From: a virus
DNA length: 64,000 nucleotides
IMG/VR virus record: IMGVR_UViG_3300029177_000001
Coordinates: 26,630-90,629 of that record
Direction: 5' to 3' (one strand)
Part shown: positions 28,069 to 37,081 of the stretch, piece by piece
How the letters are laid out: each line of letters begins with the position of its first letter
How positions within the stretch are numbered: the first letter of the stretch is position 1
Translations under genes and position numbers: made by a program
The notes under the pieces: model-generated
What the model saw: only the letters and a program-made list of their open reading frames with translations
Told to the model about the DNA's origin: nothing
Databases searched by the model: none

Positions 28069-28239
28069 ATGAAGATTTGTACCGGAGCATGTAAAAATTG
28101 TAGCGAAAAACCAGATCCAGAGTGTGGAGAGATTTGCAGAGAGATGGCTGAATTGCAGCTTGATTTATTAAATGAGATTCTGCTTACAGAACTCACAGAA
28201 AAGCAGGCGGATTTAGTAAATAAATGGTGTCATTTATAA
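28069..28239 (+). CDS. small Cys-rich protein (56 aa)
   Basis: RBS GGAGTGATTG; CTGACKNCSEKPDPECGEIC. Confidence 0.35.
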   Translation: MKICTGACKNCSEKPDPECGEICREMAELQLDLLNEILLTELTEKQADLVNKWCHL

Positions 28240-28262
28240 AATCGGAAAGGACGACTGATTAT

Positions 28263-28505
28263 ATGAAAATTGTATCGAATAAGAAAATTATGACAGATGT
28301 AATGAATATTAAATCAGGACATGTATTTTGCTTCAGAGAAACTTACTATATGAAACTTGCAGATATCGGAGAAAATTGTGCAGTAAATTTATTAGATGGA
28401 CTTGTTTACAGTAATTCATTTTTTAAGTCGTATGTTTATGAAGTTTATGCAGAACTACATGTAAAAGATAATCCTAAAGATAATAATGTAATCGTGCAAA
28501 AATAA
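28263..28505 (+). CDS. hypothetical protein
   Basis: ATG 28263 preferred over 28224 (better upstream purine tract). Confidence 0.4.
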   Translation: MKIVSNKKIMTDVMNIKSGHVFCFRETYYMKLADIGENCAVNLLDGLVYSNSFFKSYVYEVYAELHVKDNPKDNNVIVQK

Positions 28506-28571
28506 TTTGAAAGAGAACTTTCATTAGGGAGAATAAAAGGTATATCCCTCACAATCTTAGAGGTCTGGTGT

Positions 28572-28655
28572 TTATAAATTTGAAATGAGTTGCAAAACTG
28601 CACTCGCCATGACTAACAGAGTTAGTGAATCAACAAGTTTTGTCAATTTCTTCAT
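28572..28655 (-). CDS. small hydrophobic peptide (27 aa), type I toxin-like; only convincing minus-strand gene in window
   Basis: minus-strand ATG preceded by AAAGGAGGT 7 nt upstream; peptide MKKLTKLVDSLTLLVMASAVLQLISNL; SD can pair with upstream CCTCC (cctccatttagaaaggagg hairpin); lies in a 355-bp otherwise non-coding gap. Confidence 0.4.
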   Translation of the reverse strand: MKKLTKLVDSLTLLVMASAVLQLISNL

Positions 28656-28861
28656 GGTATCAAACCTCCTTTCTAAATGGAGGCAAAAACACCTTATTAC
28701 CCGGAGGGCGTCCGTGACCTCTTTGATTGTGTTCTCCAACAACTATCTTTTGGATAGTTATTCCACCCAAAAGCATTATATCACACAATTATAAAAAATA
28801 AAAGTGAATGATAAATGTTCTGATCAAATGAAAAAGCAGAAAGGTATATGGATAGAATTTT

Positions 28862-29626
28862 ATGAGTGAATATATGAAACAAGGATTTGAGAAAAGATTC
28901 AAAAATTGTGACATTGTTTACTGGTGTCATAGTGATGGCAATGGGAGATATTCTGTAAAAAATGGAATGGTTGATGAACAATTTTTAGATGCAGTAGTAA
29001 TTGATTATTTAGCACCAAGAGAAAGAAGATTAGTAAATGGAATTCCGATTGACGAATTTACAAGTCAAATTAAATACAAGAAATTACCAAAAGGGTGGAC
29101 ATATAATACAGAGCTGTTTAAGATTACATATTCTGATTTAACAGAAGAAGAAGTAAATTATCGGATTGATGTTAAGAAACCAGAAACAATCAAGCAAGCA
29201 TATGATCTTGGATATTTGGTAAAGGATTGTACAATTTTCCATGGTGTTATTGAAGCAGATATTACAAAAGAAGGATATAGAATTGTAAAGAAATATCCTA
29301 TGTGGCAGCATCATATTGATCATGTTTCAATTCGTCCTGATAAAGTCTATTTTACATATGAAGAAGCAAAATCTGAAGTGGATGATAATGTGAAAGAGTT
29401 TGAAAGACAGCTTTCATTAACAGATTACGAGTGGTCAGTAGAACATATTTGTAAGAATCTGGATATTTTTAAAGCAATTCATGACTTATCAGAAAGAGAT
29501 ATTGATGCGTATAGAGAATTTATTCTAGGTATGGATAATGTAGAGAATATTGAGACTAGAATTTACCAAGGACAGATCCAGTGGAAGTACGAAGATAAGA
29601 ATAGATGGAATTATATTGAATTGTAA
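28862..29626 (+). CDS. hypothetical protein
   Basis: 254-aa ORF. Confidence 0.5.
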   Translation: MSEYMKQGFEKRFKNCDIVYWCHSDGNGRYSVKNGMVDEQFLDAVVIDYLAPRERRLVNGIPIDEFTSQIKYKKLPKGWTYNTELFKITYSDLTEEEVNYRIDVKKPETIKQAYDLGYLVKDCTIFHGVIEADITKEGYRIVKKYPMWQHHIDHVSIRPDKVYFTYEEAKSEVDDNVKEFERQLSLTDYEWSVEHICKNLDIFKAIHDLSERDIDAYREFILGMDNVENIETRIYQGQIQWKYEDKNRWNYIEL

Positions 29627-29640
29627 GGGAGAATAAATGA

Positions 29641-29856
29641 ATGTGTGGAATATATAGATATGATAAATGTTTGAGATGTGGACGTGGAAATATTTTATAT
29701 ATTTCTGAGCAAGAACATGATTATGAGTGGAAGTGTAAAAATTGTAATCATGTAAATAGAAAATTAAATAAATGGGTGCAACCTCCTAATGTAAAGAGAA
29801 GAGTTCCGTTAGGCTGGATTCCATTAGAGGAGTTGAAAAATTATGAAAAAAGTTGA
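29641..29856 (+). CDS. small zinc-ribbon protein
   Basis: CLRCGRG...CKNCNH. Confidence 0.4.
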   Translation: MCGIYRYDKCLRCGRGNILYISEQEHDYEWKCKNCNHVNRKLNKWVQPPNVKRRVPLGWIPLEELKNYEKS

Positions 29857-30037
29857 AGAAAGATATTATTGTGATTCCTGTGGAAAAGAATGCAAGCATA
29901 CTCCCCAGTATGTGTTTCCATGGTTAACACAGTCTGGGGCTAAAGATGTGCAAATGGATTTGTGTAATGAATGTAGAGACAAAGTTGCATGTATGACATT
30001 TAGCGGAATTGCAAATTATTTTAAAATTCTACATTAA
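29843..30037 (+). CDS. small zinc-ribbon protein
   Basis: CDSCGKEC...CNECRD. Confidence 0.4.
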   Translation: MKKVEERYYCDSCGKECKHTPQYVFPWLTQSGAKDVQMDLCNECRDKVACMTFSGIANYFKILH

Positions 30038-30086
30038 ATAAAATCTTGGTTTTTATATTACAGTAAGGGAAGGGGGAAAAGATGAG

Positions 30087-30431
30087 TTGATTATATTAAG
30101 TAATATCTCGAAAAATGATTTCGAAAAGGTTATTGGATTCTTTTTATTATGGCTTTTGGTTGGATTTCTTACTTTGCTATTTTTAATTTTTAGTTATTTA
30201 AGAAAAACGGAATATAATAAAAAGTATTTAAAAAAATTCTTTGATTACACAGATTGGACACTTGTATGTTTTGCAACTGGCTATCTAGCTCCAATAATAG
30301 TTTTTGTAATTTATATCTCTAACAAATTGAGTAGTAAAAAGGATAATATTTTTGGATGGTTATATGACATTCTTTATAAAATAGCGAATGTTGGAGTGAA
30401 TCAAGAAGAGAATAAGAAAAAAGAGGATTAA
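30087..30431 (+). CDS. membrane protein (2 TM helices)
   Basis: TTG start after AAGGGGGAAAAG; hydrophobic helices FFLLWLLVGFLTLLFLIF and LVCFATGYLAPIIVFVIYI. Confidence 0.4.
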   Translation: MIILSNISKNDFEKVIGFFLLWLLVGFLTLLFLIFSYLRKTEYNKKYLKKFFDYTDWTLVCFATGYLAPIIVFVIYISNKLSSKKDNIFGWLYDILYKIANVGVNQEENKKKED

Positions 30432-30433
30432 TT

Positions 30434-30847
30434 ATGCTTGTGAAATCAGAGAAAACGTGTAAGACAGTACGGGACGCAGTCGATTTCATTATGGATGAAT
30501 GTAAAAACAAAGATATGCGCATTGACCGTCTTGTAAAAGAGAATAAAAGTCTAACGGACGAATATAGCAAAGATGAAGAAATTCAGAAGATGAATCAACA
30601 GTTAGATAATATGAGAGAAGATCTTCGGCGTGGATTTCCAATTACAGAGATTGAAAATGAGAGAATTAAGACATGGAAGAATGAACACGAAGAAAAAGTT
30701 CATGGAATTACAAAATCTTCTAAAAAGATGAGATATGGTGGAACAATTGGTGGAAGCTATACATATAAATTTACGCCAACATCAATTGGAGTATTTGGAA
30801 CAGTTGAGTGTAGCTGCGGAGAGCGATTTGATTTTTCGGAATTATGA
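30434..30847 (+). CDS. hypothetical protein
   Basis: RBS AAAGAGGATTAATT. Confidence 0.45.
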   Translation: MLVKSEKTCKTVRDAVDFIMDECKNKDMRIDRLVKENKSLTDEYSKDEEIQKMNQQLDNMREDLRRGFPITEIENERIKTWKNEHEEKVHGITKSSKKMRYGGTIGGSYTYKFTPTSIGVFGTVECSCGERFDFSEL

Positions 30848-30931
30848 TTAAAACACTTATATAGCTTTATTATTTTTTGACTAATTTTTGTTATAGATAT
30901 TATAAAACATATATATAAAGGAGAATAAAAA

Positions 30932-31444
30932 ATGGAAATGGGATGTAATTTATTATTTGATATAAATCTTTCAAAATCTACTTTTGATCTACAGTGCCTT
31001 GGTGAAATTATCGAAGAATTCAAAATTATTATACCGGGAAAGGTAATTGTAGTAAATTTTGCAAATGGAACAACTCAAAAAGTTGTTTGCAATGATAAGG
31101 ACAATTTTGATTTGCGCCGAGGTTTATTCGTTGCTTTATCAAAAAACATGTATAAATACAAATATACTTTAGAAGGAATTGAGCATATGGCAACAGAACT
31201 TTCTTATCAAAAGAAATATGTAAAGATGATCGATAAGGCAATAAAAGAACATGATAGAAAGCTTGTTGAAGCAGAGAACAAGAAATATGAAGAGGCAATG
31301 CAAAAGAAACTTGCTCATGAGCGAAAAGTGAAAAGAGATAAGAAAAAACGTGAAAGAGCAATTAATATTCAGAAAGAAGCGTATGTACGTGCCATGAAAG
31401 AGATTGGTGATTTACATAAAGAAAGAGGAGAAAAAGGAGAATAG
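30932..31444 (+). CDS. hypothetical protein with Lys/Glu-rich C-terminal helix
   Basis: RBS AAGGAGAATAAAAA. Confidence 0.45.
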   Translation: MEMGCNLLFDINLSKSTFDLQCLGEIIEEFKIIIPGKVIVVNFANGTTQKVVCNDKDNFDLRRGLFVALSKNMYKYKYTLEGIEHMATELSYQKKYVKMIDKAIKEHDRKLVEAENKKYEEAMQKKLAHERKVKRDKKKRERAINIQKEAYVRAMKEIGDLHKERGEKGE

Positions 31445-31447
31445 AAA

Positions 31448-31615
31448 ATGTGGGTAGTTTTTTTACTAGCAGCAATGGGATTTGCGGTTGCTACCTTGCT
31501 AGTAATTTACATCGGAAATAAAGTTGTGAATGCAATGAAAAGAGACGATATAAAACTGGACAAGGATATCAATAAAGAAAAAACAAACGAGAAGGAGAAA
31601 GAAAAACATGAGTAA
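31448..31615 (+). CDS. small single-TM membrane protein (55 aa), translationally coupled to SPFH gene
   Basis: MWVVFLLAAMGFAVATLLVIYIG...; stop overlaps SPFH start by 8 nt. Confidence 0.4.
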   Translation: MWVVFLLAAMGFAVATLLVIYIGNKVVNAMKRDDIKLDKDINKEKTNEKEKEKHE

Positions 31616-32450
31616 AAAAGGATTGGTAGTAGGAATTGTTGTAGCTGCAGCGGTTGTAGGAGGAGTATTTACAATTAAATCTGTAGAGAGAATTGGAACC
31701 GGTAAATTAGGGGTGCAGTATTCAGTAAATGGAATTAAAGAAGAGACATTGTCTGAGGGGTGGCATTTTATTAATCCATTCTTAAAGATTAAGGAATTTT
31801 CCATTGGTAATGAACAGCTCGTACTTGAAAAGGGCAAAGAAGACAATTCAATTAAGGTTGCTACTTCAGATGACGCAAGTATTTCAGTAAGTTTTCAGAT
31901 GTCATATCGGTATAAACCAGAAGAAGTAGTTTCTACATATAAGAAGTTCCGCGGTATGGACGGAGAAGATATCGTTGACCAGAGAGTGAAATCTGTACTT
32001 AAATCGAAAATCTCAGAAGTGACATCTGGATATTCCATGATGGATGTGTATTCGGGAAGTAGAACAGAAATCAACAATAAAATTACTGAATATTTAAATA
32101 ATGTATTTGGAAAAGAATATGGAATTGAAGTGTTAGATGCATCTATTATTGATGTTCACCCAGATGACAAGTTAAAAGAGTCTATTGATGCAAGGGTAAA
32201 AGCACTCCAGGAAAAGCAGCAAGCAGAAGCTGAACAGGAAAAGGTAAAAGTTCAGAAAGAAACTGAGAAGATTCAAGCAGAAGCAGATGCACAGATTGAG
32301 ATTACAAAAGCAAAAGCTGAAGCAGAAGCAAACAGATTGAAATCGGAGTCTATTACAGATGAGTTGATCAGAATGAAAGAAGCTGAGGCACATATGGAAC
32401 ACGGATTTGTGACAGTGAATGGAGCAAATACTGTTGTAACAGATAAATAA
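31608..32450 (+). CDS. SPFH/band-7 (stomatin/prohibitin/HflKC-like) domain protein
   Basis: N-terminal TM segment, SPFH core, C-terminal coiled coil (QAEAEQEKVKVQKETEKIQAEADAQIEITKAKAEAEA). Confidence 0.7.
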   Translation: MSKKGLVVGIVVAAAVVGGVFTIKSVERIGTGKLGVQYSVNGIKEETLSEGWHFINPFLKIKEFSIGNEQLVLEKGKEDNSIKVATSDDASISVSFQMSYRYKPEEVVSTYKKFRGMDGEDIVDQRVKSVLKSKISEVTSGYSMMDVYSGSRTEINNKITEYLNNVFGKEYGIEVLDASIIDVHPDDKLKESIDARVKALQEKQQAEAEQEKVKVQKETEKIQAEADAQIEITKAKAEAEANRLKSESITDELIRMKEAEAHMEHGFVTVNGANTVVTDK

Positions 32451-32465
32451 ACGTAAATAAATTTA

Positions 32466-32495
32466 GCTGCATATGGTGTCACAGCTATATGCAGC
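32466..32495 (+). terminator. stem-loop after SPFH gene (weak terminator candidate)
   Basis: gctgcatat/atatgcagc 9-bp stem; downstream only ATTTA, poor U-tract. Confidence 0.25.
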
Positions 32496-32545
32496 ATTTA
32501 GAAAAATAATAAGATGAAACTTTCGTTTCGTAGGAGGTAAATAAT

Positions 32546-33073
32546 ATGTCAGTACCATCAGGGTTAGATTTTAGTAATGTAAGACATGTAAAAGTTTGGC
32601 ATGAACAGTTTGAAGCTATTAAAAATAAAGGTGAATTCTTAATTGTAGAAGATAAGACTAATGGTAAATGTGTATCGTTTACAAGAGATCATCCTGAAGA
32701 ATATGCTCCAAATGAATCTTATTTAAAATTAAAGAAGATATTAGAAGACACAAGAGAAATTGTAAGAAATTTAGAAAGAAAAAAGGAGAACAAGATTATG
32801 AGTAGTGAAAAATTTATTGCTTTCTGCAAAGAAAACGTAGTGAATTATTTCAATGAAAATGCTGATAAAACAGACAACGTACTTATTACACAGGAAGATG
32901 TCTATCTTGTGTGGTATTGCAAAACGCTACAGAATCATAAAGCATTATTAAGTACAAATATTTCTGATGGAATGTATTACGAGCTTACATATAATGGTGA
33001 TAAAAATGAATTATATTTGGATGCTTACAAGAAATGGAAGAATGTAAAAATTGATTTAAACGAAGAGGAGTAG
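32546..33073 (+). CDS. hypothetical protein
   Basis: RBS TAGGAGGTAAATAAT. Confidence 0.45.
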   Translation: MSVPSGLDFSNVRHVKVWHEQFEAIKNKGEFLIVEDKTNGKCVSFTRDHPEEYAPNESYLKLKKILEDTREIVRNLERKKENKIMSSEKFIAFCKENVVNYFNENADKTDNVLITQEDVYLVWYCKTLQNHKALLSTNISDGMYYELTYNGDKNELYLDAYKKWKNVKIDLNEEE

Positions 33074-33079
33074 GTATTT

Positions 33080-33583
33080 ATGGAGAATAATATTACAGTA
33101 AATATGGAAAATCTTTCAGAGGAAGAAAGAAAACAATTGATGAACTTGATAAAGAAATCCAATGGATCTAAAAGAAATCTTTGGAAGCCGAATTATGGGA
33201 GAAAATATTTTTATATAAATGACTGCGGTGGAATTATGAATAGCGAATGGTACGATGATAGAATTGATAGTGAATTCTATAAAATTGGTAACTGCTTTAA
33301 AACTAAAGAAGAAGCAGAACTTGAATTAGAAAGAATAAAAGTAAAAACAGAATTGCGTCGATTTTCAGAAGAAAATAATGAGTATGAAATTGATTGGAAA
33401 GATAAGGATCAAGAAAAATGGTGTATGTGCTATTCCTATTATTATGGAAACATATATTTTATAGATGCAGGTTCTTACAAGAGAAATGATATTTATTTTA
33501 CATCAAAAGAAATAGGGGAACAAGCAATTAAACATATTGGAGAAGAACGTTTAAAGAAATATTATTTTGGAGTTGAGGATTGA
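33080..33583 (+). CDS. hypothetical protein
   Basis: 167-aa ORF. Confidence 0.45.
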   Translation: MENNITVNMENLSEEERKQLMNLIKKSNGSKRNLWKPNYGRKYFYINDCGGIMNSEWYDDRIDSEFYKIGNCFKTKEEAELELERIKVKTELRRFSEENNEYEIDWKDKDQEKWCMCYSYYYGNIYFIDAGSYKRNDIYFTSKEIGEQAIKHIGEERLKKYYFGVED

Positions 33584-34041
33584 TTATGTGGATTAGTAAT
33601 ATGGAATATTGTACATTAGTTCAAACAGTAGAAGATACAAATAAATTGGTTAGAGAAATTTATAATGATCTGTGGTATTATACTCATCTTTGTGAAGAAT
33701 TAAAAGAGCAGTTTGATGAAACAAACAGACATTTTAAGTATGGAAATGTAAAGGATATTGTTGTTGTGAATCCAAAAGGAGATCATTTTGTAGATACTGA
33801 CAAAGGAAGGAAATGTGTTCATGATTGTTTTTATATCTATAAGAATGGTAGAGAATATAAAGTAAAAGGTGTTCTTTTGGGTGGAAAAGATAATGATCCA
33901 GGAGCTGTTTTTGAAGCAGAGCAGGATAAAGATGACGAAGATATTATTAAGTTGAAAGAAACCTATATGGATAAGTATAGAGAGAAGCATGTCAATAAAT
34001 ATGTAATTAATTTAAAAAGCTGCAGTTGTGTAAAGATTTAA
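33580..34041 (+). CDS. hypothetical protein
   Basis: ATGA overlap. Confidence 0.45.
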   Translation: MIMWISNMEYCTLVQTVEDTNKLVREIYNDLWYYTHLCEELKEQFDETNRHFKYGNVKDIVVVNPKGDHFVDTDKGRKCVHDCFYIYKNGREYKVKGVLLGGKDNDPGAVFEAEQDKDDEDIIKLKETYMDKYREKHVNKYVINLKSCSCVKI

Positions 34042-34054
34042 AACGGAGAATGAT

Positions 34055-34261
34055 ATGAAAAAGAACTTTAAAATTACAGGATTCTCAGCATTTATATTTA
34101 TCAACATTCTGTTCTCCATTCAATGTTTGCTTGTATGTGGAGCAATGAAATTATTAACGTTGATTTTGCCTATTGATTTCAATCTGGAATTAACAGTTGT
34201 GACATTTACAGTATGTAAGGCATTTCAGATTATTGGATGTTCTGTTAGATCTAGGGAGTAA
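34055..34261 (+). CDS. small membrane protein
   Basis: RBS AACGGAGAATGAT; hydrophobic. Confidence 0.35.
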   Translation: MKKNFKITGFSAFIFINILFSIQCLLVCGAMKLLTLILPIDFNLELTVVTFTVCKAFQIIGCSVRSRE

Positions 34262-34273
34262 AAAACGAAAGAG

Positions 34274-34705
34274 GTGTCAAAAGAATTGTGGATTAGCAGA
34301 AAAAGATTTAAAGAGTTGGAAGAGAAGTACAAGAGATTAGAACAAATACAAGATACTCAAAATAATTATTTAAATCGTATAGAACGCATAGAAAGAATTA
34401 TGAAAAATGCAAGGGACGGAAAAGTAAATTACGTAAGAAAAAATAGATCTTGTGTCAGCATCAATGATTATCTTATGGATGAGTTATATTACATTTATTT
34501 AGATAATTTAGAGTATGAAATTTCAGTACCGTTTTTACAAAAAATATATGATGTTAAAAGAACGAAAAATAAAAATGTTGTTATTGTCATGAGTAGAGAA
34601 AATACTACAGATGATGATCCTGTATATTGTAATTTTGTCATTGATTTGCAATCAGGAGATAAGGTAGAGATTACATTGGATGAAGTAAATAAATTGAAAA
34701 TTTAG
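34274..34705 (+). CDS. hypothetical protein (coiled-coil N-terminus)
   Basis: start uncertain (GTG 34274 with adjacent AAAGAGG). Confidence 0.4.
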   Translation: MSKELWISRKRFKELEEKYKRLEQIQDTQNNYLNRIERIERIMKNARDGKVNYVRKNRSCVSINDYLMDELYYIYLDNLEYEISVPFLQKIYDVKRTKNKNVVIVMSRENTTDDDPVYCNFVIDLQSGDKVEITLDEVNKLKI

Positions 34706-34728
34706 TTTCGTTTGGAGGACGAAGAATA

Positions 34729-35085
34729 ATGGGAGTAGAATTTTATACATGTGACAATTGCGGAACAACATTTCCAGATTGTGGGGAATACGTATCATGT
34801 GAAACTTGTCGGACAAAATGGCGTTGTGATGAATGCGCTGAAGAAGATGGTTATGTGAGAGAACATTGTAAATTGCATCCAGATTTAGATGATTATGACC
34901 TTATGTATGAATATAGAAAAAAACATTGTAAATACGACAGTTGTACAGACTGTGAGCATTATGTGCCTGATAGCTGCAAGTATTGTAGAAAAGAAGATTA
35001 TCCTGACAATGTGTTACTGGATTATTGCATGGAATTACTCGGTGTTACAAGAGATCAGTTAGTTGAGAAATATAATAATAGGTAA
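34729..35085 (+). CDS. Cys-rich multi-zinc-finger protein
   Basis: RBS GGAGGACGAAG; seven CxxC pairs. Confidence 0.45.
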   Translation: MGVEFYTCDNCGTTFPDCGEYVSCETCRTKWRCDECAEEDGYVREHCKLHPDLDDYDLMYEYRKKHCKYDSCTDCEHYVPDSCKYCRKEDYPDNVLLDYCMELLGVTRDQLVEKYNNR

Positions 35086-35090
35086 AGAGT

Positions 35091-36119
35091 ATGAATCTGA
35101 AACAAATTAAAGAAACGATAAAGAAACAAGAATATGATTTCTTAAAAGAGAATGAGCACTTAGGTAACAATATTATCTTACTTACGCTTGGCGGCAGTCA
35201 CGCATATGGAATGGATAAAGAGGACAGTGATTTAGACGTAAGAGGAGTTACACTAAATAGCAAAGAGGAAATTCTTCTTGGAAAAGACTTTGAACAGGTT
35301 GTAGAGATTGATACAGATACGACAGTTTATTCATTCAATAAAATTTTACAATTACTAAAATCAAACAATCCTAACACTATTGAAATTTTAGGATGTAAAC
35401 CTGAGCATTATTTATATTTGTCTGATGTTGGAAGAGAATTGTTAAATAATAGAAAAATGTTCTTATCCAAGATTTGTATTAATTCTTTTGCAGGATACGC
35501 TTCAAGTCAATTAAGGCGTATGGAGAACAAAGCTGCTAGATTAGTTGGACAAGCACAAAATGAAGAGTACATTTTAAAATCAATTAATAATGCAAGTTAT
35601 GATTTTAAAAATCGTTATTTCCCAATGAATGATGGATCACTCAATCTTTATACAGATAAAGCAGTACAGGAAGGCTATGACACTGAAATTTTTATGGATA
35701 TTGACTTGCGACATTATCCTCTAAGAGATTGGGCTGGTATGTGGAATGAGATGAAAGCTATTGTAAGTAGTTATAACAAAATCGGTAGGCGAAACGAAAA
35801 AGCAATGAACAAGGACAAACTTGGAAAGCATATGGCTCATTTGATCAGATTATACATGATGTGTATTGACATTCTTGAAAAAGAAGAAATTATCACTTAT
35901 CGAGATAAAGAACATGATCTACTTATGAGTATACGAAACGGAGAATACTTAGATATCAATAGGCAGCCAACTTCTGAATTTTATGATTTGCTAAATGAAT
36001 ATGAAAAACGATTCGATTACGCTAAAGAAAATACTTCGTTGCCAAATGTACCGGACTACAAGAGAATCGAAGAGTTTAAAATGTATGTAAATGAACGAAT
36101 TGTGAAAGGAGATATATAA
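35091..36119 (+). CDS. Pol-beta superfamily nucleotidyltransferase
   Basis: GGSHAYGMDKEDSDLDVRGV = GS-x9-DxD minimal NTase signature. Confidence 0.6.
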   Translation: MNLKQIKETIKKQEYDFLKENEHLGNNIILLTLGGSHAYGMDKEDSDLDVRGVTLNSKEEILLGKDFEQVVEIDTDTTVYSFNKILQLLKSNNPNTIEILGCKPEHYLYLSDVGRELLNNRKMFLSKICINSFAGYASSQLRRMENKAARLVGQAQNEEYILKSINNASYDFKNRYFPMNDGSLNLYTDKAVQEGYDTEIFMDIDLRHYPLRDWAGMWNEMKAIVSSYNKIGRRNEKAMNKDKLGKHMAHLIRLYMMCIDILEKEEIITYRDKEHDLLMSIRNGEYLDINRQPTSEFYDLLNEYEKRFDYAKENTSLPNVPDYKRIEEFKMYVNERIVKGDI

Positions 36120-37081
36120 TGGATATTTCTGAAAAACTGAAAGAACGTTTCTGTAAAGATTGTAATATTCCATTGAAACTATTTAAGGAACCATATTTTA
36201 CAGACAGACTTCAATTATATGATAACTATTACAATACATTGGATAAATGGAATATTTTTGTAAGAGAATTAGATAAATATAAGTGTGAGCAAGATTATCT
36301 TGAAGAATATAATCGAGTAAAGAATGCTGCAATAAAGGACATTAAAGATTCTGATGGTTACAAGAGATTTAATGTAGAAGACATGAATAAGTACACAGTA
36401 AAATACAAAGATCTTCCGGGAAAAGATATTTATAAACCATCAAACATCGGAAAACTGTTTATCAGTATTGATATGAGAAAGGCAAATTTTTCAGCATTAA
36501 AATTTTATGATAAAAGTATTTTTAGTAACTCTGATACATGGGAAGAATTTATTGAAAGATATACGGAGAATAAACATATCGTAAACAGCAAATATATTAG
36601 ACAAGTCATTCTTGGAAACTGTAATCCTAAAAGGCAGGTGACTTATGAAAAATATTTGATGGGTCTTGTATTAGAAGTTCTTATTGATGAATTAGGATAT
36701 TCCACTAGTGATATTGCGTTTTACTCTAATGATGAAATTGTTATTGATATGGGAAAATATAAAGGCTGTATAAATAAACAAAAAATATTAGAAATGGCAG
36801 TTAACGTACGTTTTAATATTCCATTCAGGATTGAATTGTTTTACTTACACAAAATTACTGGTACAGATGGATATTACAAGGAAATTGTAAAAAATATTAT
36901 TGAAATAGAATATGAATTTAAATGCTTAAACAATTATACATTACCATTTGTGCTGAGAAAGTTTAATGGAGAAGAAATCACTGAAAACGATAAAGTATTT
37001 TATCATGAAGGGCTACTATCAAAGTTTATGGAAGTACCAAATATGGAGGTAAAATTGAATGAAAATAAATATTCCGTCTGA
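36119..37081 (+). CDS. hypothetical protein (320 aa)
   Basis: sits between NTase and CCA-adding enzyme, overlapping both. Confidence 0.45.
   Translation: MDISEKLKERFCKDCNIPLKLFKEPYFTDRLQLYDNYYNTLDKWNIFVRELDKYKCEQDYLEEYNRVKNAAIKDIKDSDGYKRFNVEDMNKYTVKYKDLPGKDIYKPSNIGKLFISIDMRKANFSALKFYDKSIFSNSDTWEEFIERYTENKHIVNSKYIRQVILGNCNPKRQVTYEKYLMGLVLEVLIDELGYSTSDIAFYSNDEIVIDMGKYKGCINKQKILEMAVNVRFNIPFRIELFYLHKITGTDGYYKEIVKNIIEIEYEFKCLNNYTLPFVLRKFNGEEITENDKVFYHEGLLSKFMEVPNMEVKLNENKYSV

Noticed and set aside
28585-28794. 69-aa + strand ORF in the 28.5-28.9 kb gap
   Set aside because: No RBS and a low-complexity translation. It is antisense to a minus-strand small ORF that does have a strong SD.
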